A DNA stretch of 64,000 bases from Pirellulales bacterium (GTDB lineage Bacteria; Planctomycetota; Planctomycetia; Pirellulales; JBBRCE01): assembly GCA_038205115.1 (NCBI GenBank), contig JBBRCE010000009.1, positions 34,928 to 98,927 of the forward strand. The letters run 5' to 3'. This document shows positions 8,790 to 17,505 of the stretch, in pieces; position 1 is the stretch's first letter, and each line of letters starts with the position of its first letter. A model generated the notes under the pieces. The model searched no databases. It worked only from the letters and a program-made list of their open reading frames with translations, and was not told the origin of the DNA. The translations under genes and the position numbers were made by a program.

Positions 8790-11700
8790 TTATTTGGCTT
8801 CTTCAGGTTTGACGTTGTCGTCCGGCTTATTTTTGTCGTCCGACTTCGTATTGTCGTCGGGCTTATTTTTATCGTCCGCATTGGGCTTCGATTTGTCGGC
8901 GGCGGGCGCCGGCGCCTTGATCAGCGGCACGACGGAGAACTTCTCCTTGGCCAGCCGGTCGTAATTCATCAGCAAATCGGTTAAGCCCCAGAGCTGGTCT
9001 TGGCTATCGCCGGGGAACAGTTTTTGATCGGCCGGTTTATTCGGCGCGATGTTTTGCGGCATGGGCGTGTATGGCAGAATTCGCGAAGGCTTAGCCAACC
9101 AGGGATGCACGTAATCCGGACGCAATCGCTGGTGGACCATCGCCAGATTGGGCGCCATGGCCCGCACGCTGCCTTGCGGCGAAAAGTCGCCCACCTTGTG
9201 ACACTTGATGCAATAATTGTTGTCGACCACGATGTTTAACGCTTGCCGCCAATCTTTCTCGGAACTGTCCGATTCTTTCAGTTTGGTCGCAGCGACGGTC
9301 ATCATTTGCGGTGCGGACGATTTTTGATACGGATAGTCCGCGTCGTCCACGGCCGCAAAGTAATTCACCAGCGCCGTCGATTCGGCGGCCGCCATGTTAA
9401 ACCGCGGCATCCGCAGCGAAGCCGCCGGACGAATCGGATAAGGATTCTGCAAGAAGTTGAACAACCACTCGCTTTGCACCTTGCGGCCTTCGCCCAGCAG
9501 CGGCGGAGGTAGCCAGCCCAGCACTTCCATGGCTTTTTGTTGCTTGCCGGCCATCGTGGCGCGTTCGGCCTTGAGAATGTACGGCCAAACCAGACGGGCA
9601 AAATCGCCGCCGAACGCCGGGTAATGACGCCCGTTGCGCTCGCGCCCCATGGGCAGTTTCACTTTGTCGCCCACTTGCGCCGCGTTGCCGTCAATCAGTG
9701 TCGGCTCCCAGAGCACCAACTGGTGAAAATCGGCTTGCGTGGGATCGTCGGCGACATCGCCGTCGGCGGTCATCATTTGCTCTTTCATCGACTCGTCGCG
9801 GTCCGTCATGCCGACTAGCGTGGTGTGACGCATGCCGCGGCGGTCCATGTCGAGCGACTTTTTGATATCGTCCGGCTTGAAATGTTTGGCCATAAAAGCG
9901 TAATCGTCGGCCGCCGGTTTGAATTTTTTGAAGTCGCCTTCGTCGTCGCCGGCCGGCTTGTAGGTAATGTCCCAGCGATCCATGCGAATCGTGTGACAGC
10001 CAACGCAATTGAATTTTTCCAGCAACCGCGAGCCTTCGACAATCGCCGCCTGCCGCGGTTCCGGATGGAAGACATATTGCGTCGCCGGCGGGTCGGCCAC
10101 CAAACCCAACACGAACGTGATCACGGCTTCTCGCTGTTCAGGCGTAAAGTTGAACTTGGGCATGCGCAGCCGGTCGTTGTACTTCTTGTTCTGAGCCGCT
10201 TTGTAGTCGTAACTGCGTGGTTCGCGCAGCTTTTGCCAGACGAAGCCTTCTCGCTGGTGCTCTTCGACTTTTTCTTCGAAGTACGCATCGTCCTGATCGG
10301 CTCGATCCGCAAAGCCAGGCGGCTTGCCTGCGGCCGGATCGCCACCGTGGGCGTGTCCGCCGGCGGGCGCGGGCACCGATTTGTCGGCCGCGACGCCGGA
10401 GTGCATGTTGGCCAACTCCGATTCGCCATGATGTTGCAGATATTCGGCAATCTGCTCGAACGCCAGTTTCGAAGGCTCTTTTTTACCCCAGTCAGCGAGC
10501 GCCGTGCCGATGCCCTTGGCGTCTTCGAAGCCAGGGATGTCGTGACAGCCTGCGCAACCATATTTGGCGATGGTGCGACGGCCGACGTATTGCAGCAGTC
10601 GATCGGTTTGCGTCTTGGAGGAATCGGTGACGATCAAATACGTCTCGTCGCCGCGGGCTTCGGCTTTTTGCTTGAGCGGAATTCCGTCGCGCAGATAACG
10701 CTCGGCCCGTTCGACCGGCATCTTCTCAATCAGGTACAGCCGGGCCAATTTGTGGAGCGAATCGGATTCCAGATTGCTCAACGACTTCCGCTCCGGCACA
10801 TCCGTCAGATCCCAATCGCTGGCCTTCTTGCCACCTTCGTTCTTGCCCTGCAAGGTCATTAGATACGCGGCAATGTCGGTGGCAGGATCGGACGTTTGCT
10901 TGCCGCCGCCAGCCACAACCGTATCCATTGGCTCCAGATATAAATTTGGCATCAACGAGCGCGGATGATAGCGCTGCGGGTCGCGGACCCAGCCCGCCAG
11001 CCAACTCTGACCACCCTCTTTGCCTTCGGGGTGGTGCAGCATCTTAGCGCCAATCCGCGACAGGTCGGGGCCAAACACGGCGGCGCCCTGAGGAATGCTG
11101 CTATCTTTGGCTTGATGGCAGGCCAGACAGCCACGCGTGGCAAACAGTTCTTTGCCGCGCTCGGCACTGGCCGCAAGCTCGACCTTGCCGACCGCCGCCT
11201 CGTCCAGCTTCTGACTACTGGCCAACAGATATTCGACACTAGCGCGAATTTCGATCGGCTCCATATCTTGCGCCTCTTTCAAACCCGCGCCATCCAAGTG
11301 ATCCCACAATCCGAAGAACCGCGGCATCCGCGTGGTCGGGCGGAATTCCGTGGGATTGCGAATCCAATCGTAAAGAAAGTTGTAATCCAGCTTGCTGCCG
11401 ACATGCCGCAGACTCGGACCGACTTTGCGGAACTTGCCGGGCGACTCCACATCCTTGAGCACGCTTTCCAGCTTGTGCGAAGCGGCGCTCAATAGCGGCG
11501 GCTTTTCGTTATCCACTTTCGCCAGCGCATCGGCGGCTGCTTGATCGGCAAGGCTTTTGTCGGCCAGCAGTTTTTCGCGAAGCAGATTTCGCGACGCATC
11601 ATCTTCCGGATGAGCGACGATCTTCGCCACCAATTGACGCCACTGCTCGGCAGCTTGCTTTTCCTTTTTGCTGCCCGCGGCCAGAGTTTCGAACGCTGGA

Positions 11701-13736
11701 TCGGTCAGCAGTTGCTGCACGCCAGCCGTGTAGTTGGGCTCGGCACGCATGTCTGGACCGACACGCCGCGCCGGACCGTCGTATCCATTGATTTCGTGGC
11801 AGCCGAAGCAACCATAGCGACGGATCAAGTTGTAGCCTTCCACCACCTTGGGGGCCGGTGCTTCCGGGAACTTAGGACTGGCCTCCAGCTCCACCACATC
11901 GTGATGGCATTTCAGACAAGAACTTTCTTGAAAACGATTCGGCCGCATCGGATAAATCCAATGGTGGTTTTCGAACCAGCCATCGTCCTTCGTCCACTTC
12001 TCGGCCTGCCGTGGACTGTTGGGCGTGTGCGAGGCGTATTCAAACGAGGTGGCACTGCCTTGGCCTTCATGGCACGACGTGCAGCCCATGGTGGCCAGCG
12101 GATGCGGACTGAGCGAGCCGACGAACAAATCCAAACGCGGGTGCGAATTGAACGGTTCCGGCACTCCCCGACGAACGCGCAGTTGAATGGGCTCGCCCCA
12201 CTTGACGTCCTTGGTCAACAGATCAATGGCCTTCTGACGCTCGTAGATTGGCGTGCCGTTGATTTCGCGAATCACATCGCCCGCCATCAATCCGGCTTCC
12301 GTCGCGGTCTTAAGCGGCCAAACCGCATTGACCGTAACGTCTTCCGGATCGAGCCAACCGGTATCGGAGATCTGCATGCCGTACATGTCGTCGGTGGTCG
12401 CGTTGTCCGGCTTCTTGGCCGGCGTCGGCAGCTTGACGATCTCGATCCGCTCGTGCTCGTTGGCGGGCTCAATCGCCGAGCCCGGCATCGTCCGATCAAT
12501 GAACTGATGGCAGGTCGTGCAGCGATCGAACCGCGCCGTCTCACGGAAATTGTAGGCTTTGTGCTTGAGGTTGGGCAACCAAATCTGATCGATCTTGAGC
12601 GGCGAATTGAACGCTTCAGCAACCGGCAACGTAAGAATGTCTTTGCCGATGTTCAACGCCTTTTCTTTGCGAGCTTTGACGAGCTTCTCGACCCGGTCGT
12701 TGCTGTTGTCAAGCGCTTTCTGGGCTGCTTCGACTTCTTCCGTCAGCGCTTTGAGCGACTGCTCAAGGACGACGCGATGTTGCTTAACGTCGGCCGATCT
12801 GGCCGCGGCCGCGTCCACCAACTTGGAGTCCGCGTTGACTTTTTCTTGCAACTTCGCTTGTTCTTCCGACGACAAATCATCACGAACGGCCAGGCTGAAA
12901 TTAGCGGTGGATTCCGAAAAATTGGCCTTGGTATTTTTTGTATCGCGACTCTGCAACCACTCCGTCTGCTTCGCCTTTTCGATTTCGGCCTTCATCAAAT
13001 CCACCAGTTTCCGGCGGGCCGCAATCGCCAGCTTGTCGGCGTCATCGCTGGTCTTTCGCGCCTCAACCCGCTTTTCCTCAGCCTGTTCGCTGGCCTTCTT
13101 CAATACGTCGTAGTCTGATTCCGGCTTTGCGACGTTTTTCTGGGCTGCGACCTCCGCGGCTTTCGTCGACGCTTCCAACAATTTTTTTGCGGCATCCGCG
13201 CGGGCTTCCGCCTTTTTGTATTCGTCCGCCGCCTCGCGCGCTGCTTTGGCGGGCGGCAGCGCATCTTTGTAGGCTTTTTCGAGCTGCTGAATATCGGACT
13301 GATCCGTGACCACAGATTCCAGCTTGTTGAGCAAGCCAGAAAGTTCCTCTTCCGTCGCAGCGGGCAAAGTGGCCGCGACATAATCGTTTGCGTACGGCTC
13401 GGCTTTTTCGGGCGAAGTTTGCTGCAGCCGGTTGTAAAGCAGCTCAATCTGAAATCGATCGACGGGCGCCAAACGTGGATCTTTGCGGCGCGCGGCCTGC
13501 AAATTCGACTGAAGCGCTAGATTCTCGGTTTTGTAATCTTGATTTTCCTGTTCAGCAATCCGGGCTTGAATTTGATGCGTTTCCAAGCGGTTGCCATGCC
13601 GCTGCGATTGCTTCCAAGGACGGTAATGATCCACAGCCAGCATCCAGACCGTGGTGATCAATAAAGTCAGCGACGTAATGCCAAACACCAAGTGCATCAA
13701 CTTGGGGCTACGCCATGTTTGTTCTGTTGCAGGCAT
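8790..13736 (-). CDS. Membrane-anchored octahaem c-type cytochrome with long coiled-coil region and PDZ-like domain; candidate c-subunit of the Rieske/cyt b complex
   Basis: 1648-aa ORF. N-terminal TM helix (LMHLVFGITSLTLLITTVWMLAV), then about 400 aa of Q/E/K/A-rich heptad-like sequence. Eight CXXCH motifs (CTTCH, CTSCH, CLKCH, CFGCH, CLACH, CAGCH, CVGCH, CIKCH). PDZ-like TEAGLMAGDVIREINGTPIY..IQLRVRRG at about 12150-12400. K/P/D-rich C-terminal tail. Confidence 0.9.
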   Translation of the reverse strand: MPATEQTWRSPKLMHLVFGITSLTLLITTVWMLAVDHYRPWKQSQRHGNRLETHQIQARIAEQENQDYKTENLALQSNLQAARRKDPRLAPVDRFQIELLYNRLQQTSPEKAEPYANDYVAATLPAATEEELSGLLNKLESVVTDQSDIQQLEKAYKDALPPAKAAREAADEYKKAEARADAAKKLLEASTKAAEVAAQKNVAKPESDYDVLKKASEQAEEKRVEARKTSDDADKLAIAARRKLVDLMKAEIEKAKQTEWLQSRDTKNTKANFSESTANFSLAVRDDLSSEEQAKLQEKVNADSKLVDAAAARSADVKQHRVVLEQSLKALTEEVEAAQKALDNSNDRVEKLVKARKEKALNIGKDILTLPVAEAFNSPLKIDQIWLPNLKHKAYNFRETARFDRCTTCHQFIDRTMPGSAIEPANEHERIEIVKLPTPAKKPDNATTDDMYGMQISDTGWLDPEDVTVNAVWPLKTATEAGLMAGDVIREINGTPIYERQKAIDLLTKDVKWGEPIQLRVRRGVPEPFNSHPRLDLFVGSLSPHPLATMGCTSCHEGQGSATSFEYASHTPNSPRQAEKWTKDDGWFENHHWIYPMRPNRFQESSCLKCHHDVVELEASPKFPEAPAPKVVEGYNLIRRYGCFGCHEINGYDGPARRVGPDMRAEPNYTAGVQQLLTDPAFETLAAGSKKEKQAAEQWRQLVAKIVAHPEDDASRNLLREKLLADKSLADQAAADALAKVDNEKPPLLSAASHKLESVLKDVESPGKFRKVGPSLRHVGSKLDYNFLYDWIRNPTEFRPTTRMPRFFGLWDHLDGAGLKEAQDMEPIEIRASVEYLLASSQKLDEAAVGKVELAASAERGKELFATRGCLACHQAKDSSIPQGAAVFGPDLSRIGAKMLHHPEGKEGGQSWLAGWVRDPQRYHPRSLMPNLYLEPMDTVVAGGGKQTSDPATDIAAYLMTLQGKNEGGKKASDWDLTDVPERKSLSNLESDSLHKLARLYLIEKMPVERAERYLRDGIPLKQKAEARGDETYLIVTDSSKTQTDRLLQYVGRRTIAKYGCAGCHDIPGFEDAKGIGTALADWGKKEPSKLAFEQIAEYLQHHGESELANMHSGVAADKSVPAPAGGHAHGGDPAAGKPPGFADRADQDDAYFEEKVEEHQREGFVWQKLREPRSYDYKAAQNKKYNDRLRMPKFNFTPEQREAVITFVLGLVADPPATQYVFHPEPRQAAIVEGSRLLEKFNCVGCHTIRMDRWDITYKPAGDDEGDFKKFKPAADDYAFMAKHFKPDDIKKSLDMDRRGMRHTTLVGMTDRDESMKEQMMTADGDVADDPTQADFHQLVLWEPTLIDGNAAQVGDKVKLPMGRERNGRHYPAFGGDFARLVWPYILKAERATMAGKQQKAMEVLGWLPPPLLGEGRKVQSEWLFNFLQNPYPIRPAASLRMPRFNMAAAESTALVNYFAAVDDADYPYQKSSAPQMMTVAATKLKESDSSEKDWRQALNIVVDNNYCIKCHKVGDFSPQGSVRAMAPNLAMVHQRLRPDYVHPWLAKPSRILPYTPMPQNIAPNKPADQKLFPGDSQDQLWGLTDLLMNYDRLAKEKFSVVPLIKAPAPAADKSKPNADDKNKPDDNTKSDDKNKPDDNVKPEEAK

Positions 13737-13793
13737 AAGTATCGTTCAATCGCAAGGCCGCCCGGCGGAATCACCCCCGCCAGCAAAGCCGGT

Positions 13794-15125
13794 TTAGAAA
13801 TTCAAGAAGTATTCGGGAATGCTAATGATGTACTTCAAATTAAACACCCAACGCAGCACCATCTTGATCGGCAACGTAAGCATCAACAGGAACAAATTTG
13901 ACATCACGATGTAACGCCAAAATCCCATCTTCGCGTAGAAATTACGAAACACTGTGGTGGCCATCAACGGCGGCAACGCCAGCATGTATAACGCCATCGA
14001 AAGAATGCCAGGTGCCTCGCGCAGCAGAATATAGAGAAAATCGACCGTCGCCGACGATCCCGTAGGCGCCTTAGGCATCGACTGATGGAACAACCCCACC
14101 CAGAAATAGTCCGAGAGGTCGCGGTTGGTCAAATTCAGAACCTTGTGCGCGTCCCAGTGCTCGAACGGCCCGAAGATGTTCCAATTTGGCCCGCGCAAGA
14201 ACGTGCCCAAGATGATCAGCGTGATCCACAAATCTAAAAAGCCAAACTGAAAGATCAAGTAGCTGAATTTCCGCTCGGCAATCGTGTAATAGCCGTTGCC
14301 CTTCTTGTTGAAATCTAAATACGGAATGGCCATCAACCCGGCGACCACCACGCTCGGCAGCACCACGCCGGCATACCAGGGATCAAAGTAAACCAGCATC
14401 TCTTGCAGCCCGAGGAAGTACCACGGCGCTTTGGACGGGTTCGGAGTTTTGACACTGCTGGCCGGTTCTTCCAGCGGCGCTTTGAGCAGGATCGCCCAAA
14501 CCAACAAAAACGCAGTCAGCGCGATCATGCAGATCAGTTCGGTATAAACCAAATCTGGCCAGACCAGCACTTTTTCCGAATCGTCCTTTTCGGTCGGCGG
14601 CAGGCCGCGCGCAATGCGATCGTCGTTTTCCACAGCTTTGGCCGTGGCTAGCCATGTGAAAAAACCCAGCAAATAAACCAAGCCCACAATCGGCACGTTG
14701 TCGGGCTTGGTGACGATGTTCGCAAATTCACGGTTGGTGATCGACAAACCCATCAGCAACAGCACGACATTCAGCAGCGACCAAGCCACGACGGGATTTA
14801 CGAAAAACCGCCGAAACACAAACATGAACGTCAGCATCAGCGTCGAGCCTAGGCTGTAAACCACCGGACCGGTCGCGCTGTTGACCAAGCCCTCGATCCC
14901 AACAAACCAGCTTTGCACGCCAGGCATGGTTTCGCGGGCGCCGCTCATCGCCAGCGGCGAGAGAATCACAAAGAACAGCGCAACACCGAGCCAAACCAGG
15001 GCCAGGCCGCCACGATCTTTGCGGAGCCACATATACAGCGCGGCAACCGCGTTCATGGCCGCCAGAAACAAATAGTAGGTGCCGAGAAAACCGGCAATCC
15101 CGTGCAAAAAAGCCTTGTCGTCCAT
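13794..15125 (-). CDS. Cytochrome b C-terminal half / subunit IV-like protein, enlarged (443 aa)
   Basis: Polytopic protein. ..KAPWYFLGLQEMLVYF.. matches the PEWY/FL region of the cytochrome b C-terminal domain. It lies downstream of the cyt b6-like gene. Confidence 0.8.
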   Translation of the reverse strand: MDDKAFLHGIAGFLGTYYLFLAAMNAVAALYMWLRKDRGGLALVWLGVALFFVILSPLAMSGARETMPGVQSWFVGIEGLVNSATGPVVYSLGSTLMLTFMFVFRRFFVNPVVAWSLLNVVLLLMGLSITNREFANIVTKPDNVPIVGLVYLLGFFTWLATAKAVENDDRIARGLPPTEKDDSEKVLVWPDLVYTELICMIALTAFLLVWAILLKAPLEEPASSVKTPNPSKAPWYFLGLQEMLVYFDPWYAGVVLPSVVVAGLMAIPYLDFNKKGNGYYTIAERKFSYLIFQFGFLDLWITLIILGTFLRGPNWNIFGPFEHWDAHKVLNLTNRDLSDYFWVGLFHQSMPKAPTGSSATVDFLYILLREAPGILSMALYMLALPPLMATTVFRNFYAKMGFWRYIVMSNLFLLMLTLPIKMVLRWVFNLKYIISIPEYFLNF

Positions 15126-15310
15126 AATGCTAACTTCTGATTCCTAATTGCGCCGCCTGCCCGAATGGTTTACAAACTGTCGAAAACCAGCGCGGACGCC
15201 AAAACATTCCAACATCGCTCGTCCGTCAAAACTACACTCGAGCCCCGTTCCACCGCATCATATTGCCGCCATCGCATTGCCGCCGGATACTGGCAAATCC
15301 CGCGGCCAAT

Positions 15311-15353
15311 TCACAGCGGACCATTTACAGCGGACCATTCACAGTGGACCACT
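15311..15353. repeat. 14/15-nt direct repeat x3 spanning the cyt b6-like stop codon
   Basis: Plus strand: tcacagcggaccatt / tacagcggaccatt / cacagtggaccact. On the minus strand each unit ends in TGA, TAA or TGA. The first unit encodes the C-terminal ..SGPL*. Confidence 0.8.
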
Positions 15354-16112
15354 GATGCCGCCGTCTTTACGCACCCGCCAAAAGTGGATTGCCAGCAGCA
15401 GCGAAACGGCCAGCGGAATGGCCACGCAGTGCAAAACATAAAAGCGGTTGAGCGTTTCTTCGCCGACGAACCGCGCGCCCAGCAAACCAAACCGCGCATC
15501 CGAGGCGTTAGTAATCATGCGTATGCCGCCCAGTTGCAGCAGTTGCTGACCAGGCCCTTCATGCCCCAGCAGCGGCGTCGCGCGGGCCATATTCGAACCG
15601 ACCGTGATCGCCCAAATGGCCAACTGATCCCACGGCAGCAGGTAGCCGGTGAACGAGAGCAGCAGCGTCAGCAACAACAGAATGACGCCCACCACCCAGT
15701 TGAACTCGCGCGGCGGCTTGTAACTGCCGGTGAGAAACACCCGATACATGTGCAACCAAACGGTAATCACCATGGCGTGCGCGCCCCAACGATGGAGCTC
15801 TCGCAAAATACCTAAACTATTCACGTCGCGCAGCGCAAGAATGTCCTGAAACGCCCATTCGAGCGTCGGCCGGTAGTAAAACATCAACAGCACGCCGGTG
15901 ACGGTTTCCACCAGAAACAAAAAGAACGTCACGCCGCCCATGCACCAAGTGTAACTGAGTGCGATACCTTGCTTTTTGACCGAAACTGGATGCAAGTGCA
16001 GAAAGAAATTGGTGAGCATCACCACGATCCGATTACGCCGGTCTAGCGGCATCGGGTGACGGAAGACGCTCTTCCAGATTTGCGAATTACGAATCGTTTC
16101 GCCTAGCGACAT
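15339..16112 (-). CDS. Cytochrome b6-type protein (N-terminal, four-helix haem-binding half of cytochrome b)
   Basis: Start ATG 16112 ([16 protein letters not shown]..). His pairs at [19 protein letters not shown] and [20 protein letters not shown]. Also ..[16 protein letters not shown]... Confidence 0.9.
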   Translation of the reverse strand: MSLGETIRNSQIWKSVFRHPMPLDRRNRIVVMLTNFFLHLHPVSVKKQGIALSYTWCMGGVTFFLFLVETVTGVLLMFYYRPTLEWAFQDILALRDVNSLGILRELHRWGAHAMVITVWLHMYRVFLTGSYKPPREFNWVVGVILLLLTLLLSFTGYLLPWDQLAIWAITVGSNMARATPLLGHEGPGQQLLQLGGIRMITNASDARFGLLGARFVGEETLNRFYVLHCVAIPLAVSLLLAIHFWRVRKDGGISGPL

Positions 16113-16221
16113 ATGCACACGTAGTTTGAATTCTCGTGAACCACTTTGCCCCGCGTCGGCCGACAAAGCAGAAACCCAACCGCATCCCACCGTCACAAAT
16201 TAACTTCTACCCAATTGCCGC

Positions 16222-17304
16222 CTACGCAACCACGTAGGACGCCGGATCGACCCACTGGCCGATTTCTTCCTGAAACAGCTTGCTTTTATCAACTTCCAAC
16301 TGGCCGTCGTCGGAAACGCGGATTGCATATCGCTCCAGCGGACGCGGCGCAGGGCCTTCGAAATTGATGCCGTCTTTATAAAACCCACTGCCATGGCAAG
16401 GGCATTTGAATTTCTGCTCGCCTTCAAGCCAGTTCGGCGTGCAACCCAAGTGCGTACACACCGTCCGCAGCGCGTAAATTTCCGGCTGCCCCTGATATTC
16501 GTAATTCACGATCCAAACGCCAAACTGCGCCACAAACTTGGTTTCGACCTGGCCTGGGGCAAAGTTCGCCGGAAAGCCCACTTTAAACCGACTCGGCGGC
16601 TCCGTGAGAATGTTTGGAAACATGAACCGGGCAAAACCCAGCGTCCACAGACCGCCGACCAGCGCCAGGCAGGTAAAGCCCAGCGCCAACATCGAACCGA
16701 ACATGATTTCCAGAAAGCCACGGCGACTTTCGGCCGTGACGGCCGGTTTAATCTTGGGCTTGGCGTACTCCGGCTTTTGCGGCATCGGCGGCACATAAGC
16801 CTTGGGCTTGGCGGGCGCGGCTGGCTTGGGCAGCGGCACACCCTTGGCGGCCGCTTCCGCCTTGCTCATCGGACCGGGCTTCACGCCACTGCGCGCGGCC
16901 GCCAAAATGCTGCCAGTCTCTTTTTCGACCGGAGCCATTGGCTCGTCTTTGACCGGCTTCTCCGCCTTGGCCACCGGTTTTGGTGCGACTGGCTTCGCCG
17001 CGATGGGCGTCGCCGCGGGCGTTGCCGTGGCAGGTTCGCCGGCTGGCTTACTCTTTTCGGCACGAGCGGCGGCCATCATTTCCGCCACGCTCATTCGGCC
17101 ACCCTTGCCAGCACCGGCGCCCGGCTTGGCAACCGTCGGCTTGACGGCAGGCTGGGGCTTTTCGGCCGCCGGAACAGGTGGCGCGGGCTCGGCCACGGCT
17201 TCACTTGCGGCCGGCGCGCCTTCAGCAGCCGCTTTGGCCGCTTTTTCCGCACGAGCAGCGGCCAGAATTTCCGCCACCGACAATTTTTTCTTTTCTTCAG
17301 CCAT
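16222..17304 (-). CDS. Rieske [2Fe-2S] subunit with a long Ala/Pro/Lys-rich N-terminal extension
   Basis: Rieske boxes CTHLGC and CPCHGS. Twin-arginine motif ESRRGFLEIMF followed by a TM helix. I prefer ATG 17304 (MAEEKKKLSVAEIL..); the track start 17520 would translate the 27-bp DNA repeat. The exact start is uncertain. Confidence 0.85.
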   Translation of the reverse strand: MAEEKKKLSVAEILAAARAEKAAKAAAEGAPAASEAVAEPAPPVPAAEKPQPAVKPTVAKPGAGAGKGGRMSVAEMMAAARAEKSKPAGEPATATPAATPIAAKPVAPKPVAKAEKPVKDEPMAPVEKETGSILAAARSGVKPGPMSKAEAAAKGVPLPKPAAPAKPKAYVPPMPQKPEYAKPKIKPAVTAESRRGFLEIMFGSMLALGFTCLALVGGLWTLGFARFMFPNILTEPPSRFKVGFPANFAPGQVETKFVAQFGVWIVNYEYQGQPEIYALRTVCTHLGCTPNWLEGEQKFKCPCHGSGFYKDGINFEGPAPRPLERYAIRVSDDGQLEVDKSKLFQEEIGQWVDPASYVVA

Positions 17305-17372
17305 ACGACACGACCCTGAGCAGAAGTTCAAAGGGACCGACGGTGACGCCGCCCGAACTCGATGATCAACAC

Positions 17373-17505
17373 TAGCCGCAATGCGACGGACGTCGCCCCT
17401 AGCCACAATGCGACGGACGTCGCCCCTAGCCACAATGCGACGGATGTCGCCCCTAGCCACAATGCGACGGATGTCGCCCCTAGCCACAATGCCACGGACT
17501 TCGCG
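17373..17505. repeat. 27-bp tandem repeat, 4 full copies plus 1 degenerate, upstream of the Rieske gene
   Basis: Unit tagcc[g/a]caatgcgacgga[c/t]gtcgcccc at 17373, 17400, 17427 and 17454, with a degenerate copy at 17481. Each unit holds an inverted repeat: gcgacg-ga-cgtcgc in copies 1-2, gcgac-ggat-gtcgc in copies 3-4. Confidence 0.95.

Noticed and set aside
11541-13118. 525-aa plus-strand ORF (also 9825..10862, 345 aa) inside the octahaem cytochrome gene
   Set aside because: It is antisense to an ORF with eight CXXCH motifs and a PDZ-like domain. The sequence is Arg/Leu/Gly/Phe-rich and low in information.
15126-15338. Searched the 213-bp spacer between the cytochrome b halves for a PetG/L/M/N-like small TM subunit
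   Set aside because: The minus-strand mini-ORFs (for example MLECFGVRAGFRQFVNHSGRRRN) are not hydrophobic and none looks like a TM peptide.
8790-17304. Initial idea that this was an Alternative Complex III (Act) operon next to the oxidase
   Set aside because: The cluster contains Rieske boxes (CTHLGC/CPCHGS) and a split cytochrome b with bis-His helices. It has no ActB-like molybdopterin/FeS subunit and no NrfD-like ActC/ActF. It is therefore a Rieske/cyt b complex.
17373-17505. Possibility that the 27-bp repeats form a CRISPR array
   Set aside because: The units are directly adjacent with no spacers, and there are no cas genes nearby.
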